Below are positions 29,902-39,027 of a stretch of DNA of 64,000 bases, in pieces; positions within the stretch are counted from its first letter, which is position 1, and each line of letters opens with the position of its first letter. Location of the stretch: the NCBI GenBank assembly GCA_035529375.1, contig DATKWU010000009.1, forward strand, positions 93,848 through 157,847, in the 5' to 3' direction. This DNA comes from Patescibacteria group bacterium. Lineage in GTDB: Bacteria; Patescibacteriota; Microgenomatia; PFEM01; JAHIFH01. The notes below the pieces were generated by a model. That model ran no database searches and was not told the DNA's origin. It saw only the letters and a program-made list of their open reading frames with translations. Position numbers and translations under genes: made by a program.

Positions 29902-30633
29902 TCATGTTTGCTTCTCAATTCTCTCAAAGAATTTATCTATATCTGCATCAACATCTTTCCATATTCTTAGACATTTCTTATAATAATCTTTATGTTCTGG
30001 ATAGGGGTTTGTTTTGATAGAAAAAAGCTTTTGATATTCTTCTGAGTTTAAGAGAATGACATCATGAACTTCTGATAAATCCCAAAGGGGGACTTTGAAT
30101 TTATTATGTAATTTCTTATTCATTTCCTTTTCTATGGTTCTTTTAAATTTAGGTAAGTATTTTCTTCTAACATATTCAAAGAAAATAAAATGAATCATCT
30201 CGTGGGCTGTAATAACTTTCCAATGATCATCATTTCCTAAATCGACCTGAAAAATTTTTTTGTCTAAAAATCTTGGATAAGGAAGAGAGACTGAAAGGAT
30301 AGCCTTGTATTCCCCTTCAGGCCAGGGAGTATCTCTAAAAATATTATTTGTAATCTTAAAAAAACTTCCACTAATCTTGTCCCAATCTTTTTGCATTCTT
30401 TTACTTTTTTTAATTAAGGCATTGCCAAACGAATCATAAAGTTTATTTATATATTTAGTAATTTCTTTTTCTCTTTCCTCCTTTGAAAGATTAATAACAA
30501 TCTTTAAATCAGGATGCACCCCGAAAATCTTTTTTCTGAAATAATCTTGTTGCCATTCTTTATTTAAAAACTCGTTTATTTTCCAAATATCAAATTCACG
30601 ATCAACATGGAAGGTAACTTTAGGATTTCCCAT
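29902..30633 (-). CDS. Hypothetical protein with HExxH (zincin-like) motif
   Basis: TAHEMIHF followed by LSE. Confidence 0.7.
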   Translation of the reverse strand: MGNPKVTFHVDREFDIWKINEFLNKEWQQDYFRKKIFGVHPDLKIVINLSKEEREKEITKYINKLYDSFGNALIKKSKRMQKDWDKISGSFFKITNNIFRDTPWPEGEYKAILSVSLPYPRFLDKKIFQVDLGNDDHWKVITAHEMIHFIFFEYVRRKYLPKFKRTIEKEMNKKLHNKFKVPLWDLSEVHDVILLNSEEYQKLFSIKTNPYPEHKDYYKKCLRIWKDVDADIDKFFERIEKQT

Positions 30634-30671
30634 ATCTTCTTATTATAATGATTAGAAGTATTGAATTACAG

Positions 30672-30708
30672 GTTATAATAAAAAAGGCTCTAGACCAGCC
30701 CGCTTAGC
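30672..30708 (+). repeat. Family A site A7
   Basis: GTTATAATAAAAAAGGCTCTAGACCAGCCCGCTTAGC; ends 2 nt before the next ATG. Confidence 0.85.
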
Positions 30709-30710
30709 AA

Positions 30711-31547
30711 ATGAATATTTTATTTAATAGGAAATTCCTAAATTATAATCAAAGCAGTAATTATGAAGGTGCATATAGAGTAAGGGGTTTTGAGAACCAA
30801 TACCCGGACATAACCGTAGATTTTGATCCTGTTTCATACATTATAGAAACCCATTCTAAAAGATACTTTGAAAAGATAAAAAAATCTTGCGAGAAGGAGA
30901 TTGAACTGGTTGGGCTACATCTTACTAAAGAATGCTTTGAAGCAGCAATATTAGCGGTTGGGCTCACTATTAAAGCTTCAGAAAAGGGAGACTTTGCCGT
31001 TGTTAGACCTCCAGGACATCATGCCGGTAGAGAGAAGGCATCAGGCTTTTGTTTATTTAATAACATTGCAATCTCAGCCAATAAACTTCTGGGCGAAGGG
31101 AAAAGAATAGGTCTATTAGATATAGATGGTCATCACGGAGACGGCACACAAGCACTATTGGAAAACCAAGAAAATGTTTTCTTTTATTCAATCCATGAAT
31201 CAGGGGTTTTTCCTGGAACGGGAATAGATTCCAAGAACAACTACTATAATATTCCTCTCCAGCCACCCATTTCCGAGGAGGTATATCTAGAGGCTTTGGA
31301 AGATTGTATTCAAAAATTAACGATATTCAACCCAGATATTTTAGGAGTTTCAGTGGGTTTCGATACTTTTGAAAAAGACAAACTTCTTGATTTTAAGCTC
31401 AGTTGCAACACATATAGGCAAATCGGATATGAATTAAAACTAAATTTCACAAACATCTATGCAGTGCTAGAAGGAGGTTACCACGATAAAATCAAAGATT
31501 GCGCCGAAAGTTTTGTGGTTGGAGTAAATTCTGCTATTAACCAATAG
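30711..31547 (+). CDS. Histone deacetylase/AcuC-family Zn deacetylase
   Basis: RPPGHHA, GFCLFNN, DIDGHHGDGTQ, VGFD, LEGGY. Confidence 0.93.
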   Translation: MNILFNRKFLNYNQSSNYEGAYRVRGFENQYPDITVDFDPVSYIIETHSKRYFEKIKKSCEKEIELVGLHLTKECFEAAILAVGLTIKASEKGDFAVVRPPGHHAGREKASGFCLFNNIAISANKLLGEGKRIGLLDIDGHHGDGTQALLENQENVFFYSIHESGVFPGTGIDSKNNYYNIPLQPPISEEVYLEALEDCIQKLTIFNPDILGVSVGFDTFEKDKLLDFKLSCNTYRQIGYELKLNFTNIYAVLEGGYHDKIKDCAESFVVGVNSAINQ

Positions 31548-31574
31548 GTTTGAACTCTATCCACGGTTCGCAGT
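31547..31574 (+). repeat. Family C site C2
   Basis: GGTTTGAACTCTATCCACGGTTCGCAGT; same length as, and similar to, the B core. Overlaps the HDAC stop codon. Confidence 0.55.
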
Positions 31575-31586
31575 AGAATTGAAATT

Positions 31587-32165
31587 ATGAAAACTAAAAA
31601 AGTCAACTGTATTATTATTCATGGATGTCCTTGGGATATTAAAAAGGCAATGGATGCCAAAACTAGAACTTATGATAAACGTTGGATTCCTTGGCTAAAA
31701 AAAGAATTAACTTCTCGAGGAATAAAAACCAAAGCTCCCCTAATGCCTAAACCCTGGTATCCAGACTACCAAGCCTTTAAAAAGAAATTCGAAAGATATG
31801 AAGTCACCAATAACTCTATTCTAATTGGTCATAGCTGTAGTTGTGCCTTCTTAGTTCGCTGGTTAGGAGAAACAAAAAGGAAAGTAAAAAAACTTATCTT
31901 GGTTGCTCCTTGGAAAATTCCGGATAAGAATAATCAATTAGAAAAATTACTCTATGAATACCCTATTGATAAAAAGATTAAGGCAAGAGTAAAAGAAATT
32001 GTCATGTTTACCGCCGATAACGAGGAAAAAGATGGTAAAAAGAGTTTAAAAATTTTCCACAAAGTCTTAGGAGGAAAAATAATTGAACTTAAAGGAAGAG
32101 GTCATTACACCCTAGAATATATGAAAAATCAAGAATTTCCTGAATTATTAAAGGAAATAGTTTAA
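31587..32165 (+). CDS. RBBP9/YdeN family alpha/beta hydrolase
   Basis: IIIHG, WIPWLKKEL, LIGHSCS, LILVAP, GRGHY, EFPEL. Confidence 0.85.
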   Translation: MKTKKVNCIIIHGCPWDIKKAMDAKTRTYDKRWIPWLKKELTSRGIKTKAPLMPKPWYPDYQAFKKKFERYEVTNNSILIGHSCSCAFLVRWLGETKRKVKKLILVAPWKIPDKNNQLEKLLYEYPIDKKIKARVKEIVMFTADNEEKDGKKSLKIFHKVLGGKIIELKGRGHYTLEYMKNQEFPELLKEIV

Positions 32166-32204
32166 GTTATAAGGATAAAAAGAGCCTAGACTGGCCTGCT
32201 CAGT
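32166..32204 (+). repeat. Family A site A8
   Basis: GTTATAAGGATAAAAAGAGCCTAGACTGGCCTGCTCAGT; starts on the base after the upstream stop codon. Confidence 0.88.
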
Positions 32205-32230
32205 AACGAACCACTCGCTATCGCTCGGGT

Positions 32231-33193
32231 TCATCTCTTCGCCGAGGCAAAAGATTTTAAAATAAGGGTTCTTAGTTTTCCCAAACTATCCCGATCATGA
32301 ATAGAAACGGGTAATATTTGTTTTTTCAGTTTTTTTAATGCCTTAAACTTTTGTTTTACTTCTTTCTCTGATTTTAAATCTGTTTTGGTAAGAAGAATAA
32401 TTTCCGGTATCTTTAATAATTTTGGATTATAACTTTTTAGTTCGTTCCTGATTTGTTGATAGTTTTTTTCGGGCTCTTTAAGTTCACAAGAAAGACAATG
32501 AAATAAGAGTGAAACTTTTTCAATATGTTTTAAAAATTTGATCCCTAAACCTTTTCCTTTAGAAGCTCCTTCTATAAGTCCTGGAATATCAGCAATAATT
32601 TTACCATCCAATTCTCCCAAGTTAGGCTCAAGAGTAGTAAAAGGGTAATCGCCGATTTTTGGATTAGCGTTTGTTATCTCTTTAAGCAAACTGCTTTTAC
32701 CGGCATTAGGAAAGCCAATAAGCCCATAATCAGCTACAAGCTTAAGATTAATATATAAATCTCTTTCCTGACCTTTAAAACCACTTTGGGCATACATTGG
32801 CGTCACATTTCTAGAAGAACGATATTCCCAGTTGCCTTTACCTCCCCAGCCTCCCTGACACAAAAGAAGACGACAGTCTTTGTCAGTCACTTCAAAAACT
32901 TCTTTAGAATTCTTATCAGTAATAATAGTCCCAATTGGAAGTTTAACTTCTAAATCCTCAGCAAACTTGCCGTCTTTTTTATTTAACATCCCATGCTGAC
33001 CATTTTTTGCTTCGATTTTGACGCTTTTTGAAAGATTAGAAAGAGCGTAAATATCTGAAGTAGAGGTAATAAAAATACTGCCACCCTTTCCCCCATTGCC
33101 TCCATCTGGACCTCTTCTTCCTTTATAAAAAGAAACTTTTCCATTTCCGCCATCCCCCGCCTTAAACTTAATATTTATTTCTGTAATTAACAT
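32231..33193 (-). CDS. obgE: GTPase ObgE/CgtA (no C-terminal extension)
   Basis: AGDGGNG, GPDGGNGGKGG, GFPNAGKSSL, YPFTTL, DIPGLIEGAS, TKTD. ATG 33193 preferred as start. Confidence 0.95.
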   Translation of the reverse strand: MLITEINIKFKAGDGGNGKVSFYKGRRGPDGGNGGKGGSIFITSTSDIYALSNLSKSVKIEAKNGQHGMLNKKDGKFAEDLEVKLPIGTIITDKNSKEVFEVTDKDCRLLLCQGGWGGKGNWEYRSSRNVTPMYAQSGFKGQERDLYINLKLVADYGLIGFPNAGKSSLLKEITNANPKIGDYPFTTLEPNLGELDGKIIADIPGLIEGASKGKGLGIKFLKHIEKVSLLFHCLSCELKEPEKNYQQIRNELKSYNPKLLKIPEIILLTKTDLKSEKEVKQKFKALKKLKKQILPVSIHDRDSLGKLRTLILKSFASAKR

Positions 33194-33316
33194 TGTTTTC
33201 TTCATTATATCAGGCAGGTTGAAATCTGTGAATTCAACCTTCAAAGTGCTTTAGTTATTACACCTTGAAAGTGCTAGAAAAAGGCTGGGTAGATTTAGTG
33301 GGAGATAAAGTAGGGT

Positions 33317-33523
33317 GTGCGAGGTTTTACTCAAGCTCTTACTAAAGAGTATCCGAATCTTAAAGTTTATAATTTTGTTTCTGGTGGTGTAGCCACACGG
33401 ATGAAAAATTTTAAAGACATCGCATCTGATAAAATTGCCCAATTAATCTTAGATTTTGCTAAAGAAAAGGACACTTTGAAATCAGGTTCAGACATCAACG
33501 CGAGAGACTTCATTAAATATTAA
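33317..33523 (+). pseudogene. C-terminal fragment of a short-chain dehydrogenase/reductase
   Basis: RGFTQALTKEYPNLKVYNFVSGGVATRM matches the post-YxxxK part of SDRs; the Rossmann N-terminus is absent. Confidence 0.6.
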
Positions 33524-33605
33524 TACAAAAGCCACACCCAATGACTTTCCTTCTTCAAAATTAGAACTTCAAATAACTTATGAAAATGTTAAAATGGCCT
33601 AAATC

Positions 33606-33935
33606 ATGAATATTATAATTAAGAAGAAGGTAACAAAGAAGCAACTCCACGAATTAGGCAGACATTTTGATGGATATATAAAAGTTGTTGTTGACGTTGA
33701 AAGAGAAATTCTTGCCGGCGGAGCAGGTAGACATTTCGAAGAAGAGAAAATACTACTAACAAATGGATCAAAGCAGAAAGATTTATGGGGAGGCGGTTTT
33801 GATGCTAAAACTAAAGAGATTGATTATAATTCAGTTATAAATTTAAGACCCAATCAGGAAAATCCCAGTAGAGACATTCTTTCTTTAGATATAAGAAAAA
33901 AGTTTGATGATATCATTAAAAAACTTTTTCTTTAA
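33606..33935 (+). CDS. DUF5674-like protein
   Basis: YIKVVVDVEREILAGG, GSKQKDLWGGG, YNSVINLRPNQEN. Confidence 0.75.
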   Translation: MNIIIKKKVTKKQLHELGRHFDGYIKVVVDVEREILAGGAGRHFEEEKILLTNGSKQKDLWGGGFDAKTKEIDYNSVINLRPNQENPSRDILSLDIRKKFDDIIKKLFL

Positions 33936-33940
33936 TATAT

Positions 33941-34246
33941 ATGGATAATCGAGCTAAAGTATTAGATATTGCCATGAACTTGAACCGTATAGGTAATTGG
34001 GCCGCCGATGATTATTCCGGTAAAAAAGAAAGAATAAAGACTTTTTTGAGAAATACTTCTTCTTATATTCAAGATTTAGACAAAAATTCCTTACCTAGTG
34101 CCTTTATGAGTACTTTTAATAATTTTGTGAAGGAATATCACTCTCTTGAAAAAGAGGGTATCAAAAAACCCAAGAATCCGGTTTTTTGGGCAGAGGATAT
34201 GATGACTTGGGGAAATATTCTCACCCACCGCTCCAAACTTATTTAA
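33941..34246 (+). CDS. Hypothetical protein
   Basis: 101-aa ORF coupled to the preceding gene. Confidence 0.7.
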   Translation: MDNRAKVLDIAMNLNRIGNWAADDYSGKKERIKTFLRNTSSYIQDLDKNSLPSAFMSTFNNFVKEYHSLEKEGIKKPKNPVFWAEDMMTWGNILTHRSKLI

Positions 34247-34272
34247 AATAAAATCTAGACTTTTTGGACTCG

Positions 34273-34311
34273 AATATAGGGCTAGAATGGGGCTAGACCG
34301 GCCTGCTCAAC
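34273..34311 (+). repeat. Family A site A9
   Basis: AATATAGGGCTAGAATGGGGCTAGACCGGCCTGCTCAAC. Confidence 0.82.
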
Positions 34312-34353
34312 ATAAGAATTTTAACTTTAGAATAAATTTTAAAAAAGGCAGAT

Positions 34354-36162
34354 CTATTTAAGACCTTTTGCTTGGCGTTTGGCTTCATTTAAATCCAAAA
34401 TTATTTTTCTGATTCTTACTGCCTTGGGAGTAACGTCAACCAGCTCCGTATTATCAATATAATCCAGGGCGGCATCCAAATCCATAATTTTTGGTGTATT
34501 TAAATGTCTGGTAACCCCCTCACCTTTGGAACGCATATTGGATAATTGTTTTTCTTTGCAGACATTAACAGACAAATCACCCAGCCGGGAGTTTTGACCA
34601 ACTACCTGGCCTTTATAAACTTCCACATTTTGACCGATAAATAATTCTCCCTGATCCTGAACATTAGTTAAACCATAAATCCTGGTCAGACTTGACTCAT
34701 GGGCAACCAAGGAGCCATGCTCTCTTTCTTTCAAGGTGCCTTTTTGGGGTATATATTTATAAAACACGGTATTTAAAATACCTAAGCCATGGGTGTCGAT
34801 CATAAATTTAGTCCGGTAACCGAATAGTCCCTGAGTAGGAATAATAAATTCAAGATAAACGATATTGTTATTGGTTTGCATTTGTCTTATTTCGCCAAAA
34901 CGGCTGTTTAATTTTTGGATAACCGCACCAGAATATTCTTCCGGTACTTCGATAAAAACCTCATCACAAGGAATCATTTTTTGGCCGCCAATATTTTTCA
35001 CAATAACTTGCGGTTGGGAAACTTGCAAAGAAAAACCTTCACGGCGAAGGCGTTCGATAAAAATCGCCAGATGTAGTTCGCCTCTGCCGGAAACAATCCA
35101 GCCGCCTTGTGGGCTATCTTCAATACGCAAGGCCACATCATTATCCAGTTCTTTATATAATCTTTCCCTGATTTGACGGGAGGTCGTGTATAAACCTTCC
35201 CTGCCGCCAAATGGTGAAGAGTTAACTTCGAAAGTCATCTTTACTGTCGGTTCTTCTATTTGTAAAAGAGGCAGTGCTTGAGGTTTTAGAACGTCAGTAA
35301 TTGTCTCGCCGATAGTGATATCAGGAATCCCGGCAATGGCGACAATTTCTCCGGCTTGAGCCTGGGGTGTTTCCACTTGTTCCAAACCCTGAAATGTCAT
35401 TAAAGAAGTTAAACAATATTTTTTCATTATCCCTATGCGATTAATATGCATCACTTCCTGGTTAGCTTTTAGACTGCCATTATAAATTCTACCCCGGGCC
35501 ACTCGGCCTTTAAAATTATCCCGGCTAATAGAAGTAACCAGCATTTGTAAGGGTTTGCTCAAGTCAGCTTTCGGAGCAGGCACCTGTTTAATAATTTCTT
35601 CAAACAAAATCGAAATATCAGTCATTTTACTAAGATCCGGGTCCAGTCCGGCTTTACCAAATTTTGCCGATGCATAAACAATGGGAAACTCAGCCGTTTG
35701 CTCATCAACCCCTAAGTTAATAAACAAATCAAAAGTTTTGTTTAAAGCTTTACTGATATTGACATTAGATTGATCAATTTTATTGATGACCACAATAATT
35801 TTATGTTTTAACTCCAAAGCTTTTTTCAAAACAAATCTGGTTTGAGGCATGGGGCCGTCATGAGCATCAATTAACAAAAGCGAGCCGTCAGCCATTTGCA
35901 AAACCCGTTCGACTTCACCCCCGAAGTCGGCGTGTCCCGGCGTATCAATAATATTAATTTTGACACCACGCCACATAATCGAGGCATTTTTAGAAAAAAT
36001 AGTGATGCCTCGTTCGCGCTCCAATTCGTTACTGTCCATAATACAGACGGTATCGGTCATTTCTTTGCCAAGATGGGTGGCAGATTGGCGAAGTAAAGCA
36101 TCCACTAAAGTGGTTTTACCGTGATCTACATGAGCGATAATGGCTATATTGCGAATTTCCAT
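34354..36162 (-). CDS. typA: Translational GTPase TypA/BipA
   Basis: IRNIAIIAHVDHGKTTL, ERERGITI, DTPGHADFGGEVER, GRGELHL, KQLSNMRS. Start at ATG 36162 with an AGGAG SD. Confidence 0.96.
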   Translation of the reverse strand: MEIRNIAIIAHVDHGKTTLVDALLRQSATHLGKEMTDTVCIMDSNELERERGITIFSKNASIMWRGVKINIIDTPGHADFGGEVERVLQMADGSLLLIDAHDGPMPQTRFVLKKALELKHKIIVVINKIDQSNVNISKALNKTFDLFINLGVDEQTAEFPIVYASAKFGKAGLDPDLSKMTDISILFEEIIKQVPAPKADLSKPLQMLVTSISRDNFKGRVARGRIYNGSLKANQEVMHINRIGIMKKYCLTSLMTFQGLEQVETPQAQAGEIVAIAGIPDITIGETITDVLKPQALPLLQIEEPTVKMTFEVNSSPFGGREGLYTTSRQIRERLYKELDNDVALRIEDSPQGGWIVSGRGELHLAIFIERLRREGFSLQVSQPQVIVKNIGGQKMIPCDEVFIEVPEEYSGAVIQKLNSRFGEIRQMQTNNNIVYLEFIIPTQGLFGYRTKFMIDTHGLGILNTVFYKYIPQKGTLKEREHGSLVAHESSLTRIYGLTNVQDQGELFIGQNVEVYKGQVVGQNSRLGDLSVNVCKEKQLSNMRSKGEGVTRHLNTPKIMDLDAALDYIDNTELVDVTPKAVRIRKIILDLNEAKRQAKGLK

Positions 36163-36441
36163 AAAATTAACTCCTATTAATAAAAAATACCTATTTCTAG
36201 GCATTTCAACCCGACGCCTATTATACTTCATTTCCGTGTCAAAATAAATTATCTGGATATTTGGCAAACTGTGGAAGGGATTGCTCTTATTTTTATCGAC
36301 CAAAATTCTGCGAGGACGAATCAAAATTAGAATCACCTATCCCTAGGCTCTAATAAGATGTATAATTAAGAGTATTAACCACATAAAAATATTTCTTCTC
36401 CCTTAAGATTTATTTTGTGCTTTATTAGTAAAAACTTTTTT

Positions 36442-37602
36442 ATGAACCAAATTACCACCTTTGACGTTTTGATTGTCTACTCTAAAAGACTCGCCATCAG
36501 TGCCAATTCTGTATCCGAAGACGTTACTGCCCCATTTGCCAAAGGGTCTGATAGTGAAAGCTACAACCTAGTTTATGGCTACTTTTTGAAAACCTGCCGA
36601 AAAAACAATTTAAAAGCGGCTTTTACAACATCTGCTGATATTGTGGGTGCAGGAAAATGTCGAAGTTATTGGCTCTTCGAAAATGAAACTTGGATAAAGA
36701 TCCGAAAAACAGGCTTTTCAAAACTGATTTTTGACAAATTCTCTCCGACGAGTAAAAGCATAAAAATAAATCGTAATTTACTTTTTTCTTCAGGAAGAAT
36801 CAGACCTTTTAATAATCCCTGCCTTTTTAATCTTTGTTTTGACAAACAAAAAACTTACAACAAGCTCCATAAATTTTCTATTCCCACAGTAACTATTGAT
36901 GATCGTACCAGAAAAGGAGTTGATAAAGAGTGTAAGGCGCTAAAAGAGAAAATAGCCAGACATCCGTACAAAGACGATTTTTCCGAGGAAATTATAATGA
37001 AAAACAGATTCGGAGCTGGCGGGAGAAATGTCTACAAATTTAAAGCCAATCAATCCAATATGATGATGGCATCAATGAAAAAGCATAAAAAAATATCATT
37101 TGTTATTCAACCATTTGTAAAATTTGATAAAGGCTTCAGTTATCAAAACTCTTCAGTTTCAACCGATATCAGGTTAATATACCTCGGAAAAAAGATTGTT
37201 CAAACATACATAAGAATGGCTAAGAAAGGAGACTTTAGATGTAATGAGCACAAAGGTGGATTACTAAAATATATACCAAAGAATGAAGTGCCTTCGAAAG
37301 TAGTAGCAGTTTCTAGAAATATTGCTAAGATTTTAGATAAAAGATCTTCTCTATTTGCTCTTGACTTTATTATTAGCAATAACGGTAATGTCTATCTTCT
37401 CGAAGCGAATACCGGACCAGGATTGGATTGGAATTTATCAATCAAGGAAAACGAAATTGAAGCCAAGAAACTAATAAGGATTATTATAAAAGAAATAGTT
37501 AGACGGATTAGCTCACCAAAAAATACTTCTAAAAGAAAAGCTGTAGTCGCTACAGTAAAGACTCCAATGATTAGCAAGCACCCAGTATCTCCAATAACCT
37601 GA
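36442..37602 (+). CDS. ATP-grasp domain protein (RimK/YheC-like)
   Basis: DKQKTY, FVIQPFV, DIRLI, FRCNEHKGG, LDFI..YLLEANTGPG. Confidence 0.82.
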   Translation: MNQITTFDVLIVYSKRLAISANSVSEDVTAPFAKGSDSESYNLVYGYFLKTCRKNNLKAAFTTSADIVGAGKCRSYWLFENETWIKIRKTGFSKLIFDKFSPTSKSIKINRNLLFSSGRIRPFNNPCLFNLCFDKQKTYNKLHKFSIPTVTIDDRTRKGVDKECKALKEKIARHPYKDDFSEEIIMKNRFGAGGRNVYKFKANQSNMMMASMKKHKKISFVIQPFVKFDKGFSYQNSSVSTDIRLIYLGKKIVQTYIRMAKKGDFRCNEHKGGLLKYIPKNEVPSKVVAVSRNIAKILDKRSSLFALDFIISNNGNVYLLEANTGPGLDWNLSIKENEIEAKKLIRIIIKEIVRRISSPKNTSKRKAVVATVKTPMISKHPVSPIT

Positions 37603-37647
37603 ATTATTTAATTTTTTTAGTAATTTAAAATTTCCCCTTTTTCATTC

Positions 37648-37735
37648 TGTTTCATTTGTCTCATTTAGCCTCGGAATGATACAATTAGAGTGTTTAGTTA
37701 TAAGGATAGAAAGGTTCTAGACCGATCCGCTCAGC
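37648..37735 (+). repeat. Family A site A10 with arm pair (near consensus)
   Basis: Arm TGTTTCATTTGTCTCATTT; core GTTATAAGGATAGAAAGGTTCTAGACCGATCCGCTCAGC (37697-37735). Confidence 0.92.
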
Positions 37736-37768
37736 TTGAAAACTTAATGTGTAATTATAAGGTTTGAT

Positions 37769-38314
37769 ATGTCAAAAATTCTAATTAAAGTTGATAAGGA
37801 TTTATATCTTAAGACATGGAGTTTAAAAAACTCTGCCGAGTTATTTGCGCTTACTGATAAAAACAGGGCATATTTACAGCCTTGGTTACCATGGGTTCCA
37901 AATGTTAAAACTGAAGCAGATTCAAAAAAGTTTATTCGTGAATCACTTCAAGAAATGAAAGACGATAAGGGAATAGAAATGGGAATTTGGTTAGCAGATA
38001 AGTTAGTTGGATGTATCGGCTTACACGGATTAAGTAAACCAAATCGTAGGGCAAGCCTGGGATATTGGTTAAGTAAGAATCAACAAAAGAAAGGAATAAT
38101 GACACGGTCGGTCAAGGCATTGGTTGATTATTCCTTTAAGATACTTAATCTTAATCGTATTGGCTTAGAAGCTTCCACTGAAAATGTTTCAAGTTGTGCT
38201 ATCGCCAAAAAATTGGGCTTTGTTAAAGAAGGCGTTGTTCGACAATTCGAGTTTGTTGACGGGAGATTTTTGGATTGCCAAGTGTGCAGTGTGTTAAAGT
38301 CTGAATGGAAATAA
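37769..38314 (+). CDS. RimJ/RimL family N-acetyltransferase
   Basis: NRAYLQPWLPWV, LGYWL...KGIMT, LNRI, N.SS..AKKLGF.KEG. Confidence 0.92.
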   Translation: MSKILIKVDKDLYLKTWSLKNSAELFALTDKNRAYLQPWLPWVPNVKTEADSKKFIRESLQEMKDDKGIEMGIWLADKLVGCIGLHGLSKPNRRASLGYWLSKNQQKKGIMTRSVKALVDYSFKILNLNRIGLEASTENVSSCAIAKKLGFVKEGVVRQFEFVDGRFLDCQVCSVLKSEWK

Positions 38315-38334
38315 AACTTAACACTGTACTAGTA

Positions 38335-38372
38335 GTTATAGGATCGGAAGGTCCTAGACCACACTGCTCAGC
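38335..38372 (+). repeat. Family A site A11
   Basis: GTTATAGGATCGGAAGGTCCTAGACCACACTGCTCAGC. Confidence 0.85.
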
Positions 38373-38422
38373 TTAAAATTTTAAATCATTGAAATTTTGT
38401 TTGAAAAAAGAGAATTAGTTTT

Positions 38423-38806
38423 TTATTTTGGATTGATTATCGATTTAGTTCCTATTTTCTCTCTTAAAAGTTCTTCAAGATCTTCCACAGTAATTGGTTT
38501 ATCAATATAAAAATCAACCAAACCTTCAAGTATCGGATGAACTATATTAGTTTCTAAACCTATTTTTATTTCTGGGTTTCCAGCTCTAATTTCTTGTAAT
38601 AAACCTTTTAAGCCAGCCATAGGTCTTAAAGTTCCACTATGAATGATTACTGCATTTTTTCCTTCGCAGTTTTTTAAAATCTCTTCGTCTTCAATTGAAT
38701 CTAATTTGGTAATTTGAAATTTTCCACTTTGTTCAAGACATTTAAAATGGTCTCCCCACACACTTATATGATCTTGATCTGCCCAAAGCAATTCCATTTC
38801 TTTCAT
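38423..38806 (-). CDS. Hypothetical protein, degenerate receiver (CheY-like) fold
   Basis: LLWADQD N-terminus and FYIDKPITVEDL C-terminus; the phospho-acceptor Asp appears replaced (IIH). Confidence 0.55.
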   Translation of the reverse strand: MKEMELLWADQDHISVWGDHFKCLEQSGKFQITKLDSIEDEEILKNCEGKNAVIIHSGTLRPMAGLKGLLQEIRAGNPEIKIGLETNIVHPILEGLVDFYIDKPITVEDLEELLREKIGTKSIINPK

Positions 38807-38892
38807 ACTTGAAATTTTAATATATTATGCCCTATAAGGCAAACTAAACTTTATATTTTAAAAAATTGTAAATTATAGAAATTTAGCTGTCA

Positions 38893-38954
38893 TTTGATAA
38901 ACTATTCTTGGAAAGATAAATTTATAAGTTCGGAAATCATCAACGACTCCCAGC
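38893..38954 (+). repeat. Family B site B3
   Basis: 52 bp identical to B1, then GACTCCCAGC. Confidence 0.9.
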
Positions 38955-39027
38955 TAGAAAAAGACCTATTTGTTGGGCTTTTTTGTTTGTGGTTTTGTTA
39001 AAAGGCGTGTTTTGGTAAAATAAAAAC

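Noticed and set aside
36163-36336. N-terminal extensions given by the ORF track for typA (also obgE, HIT 22668, GNAT 39751 and cca)
   Set aside because: Family homology and SD position support downstream ATGs; two of the extensions run through family B repeats.
37697-37735. Family A as a repeated mini-peptide on the minus strand (AERIGLEPFYPYN)
   Set aside because: Copies contain in-frame stops (A3, A9, A15) and indels (A7, A11) and have no consistent start. The resemblance is the usual antisense-tRNA translation artefact.
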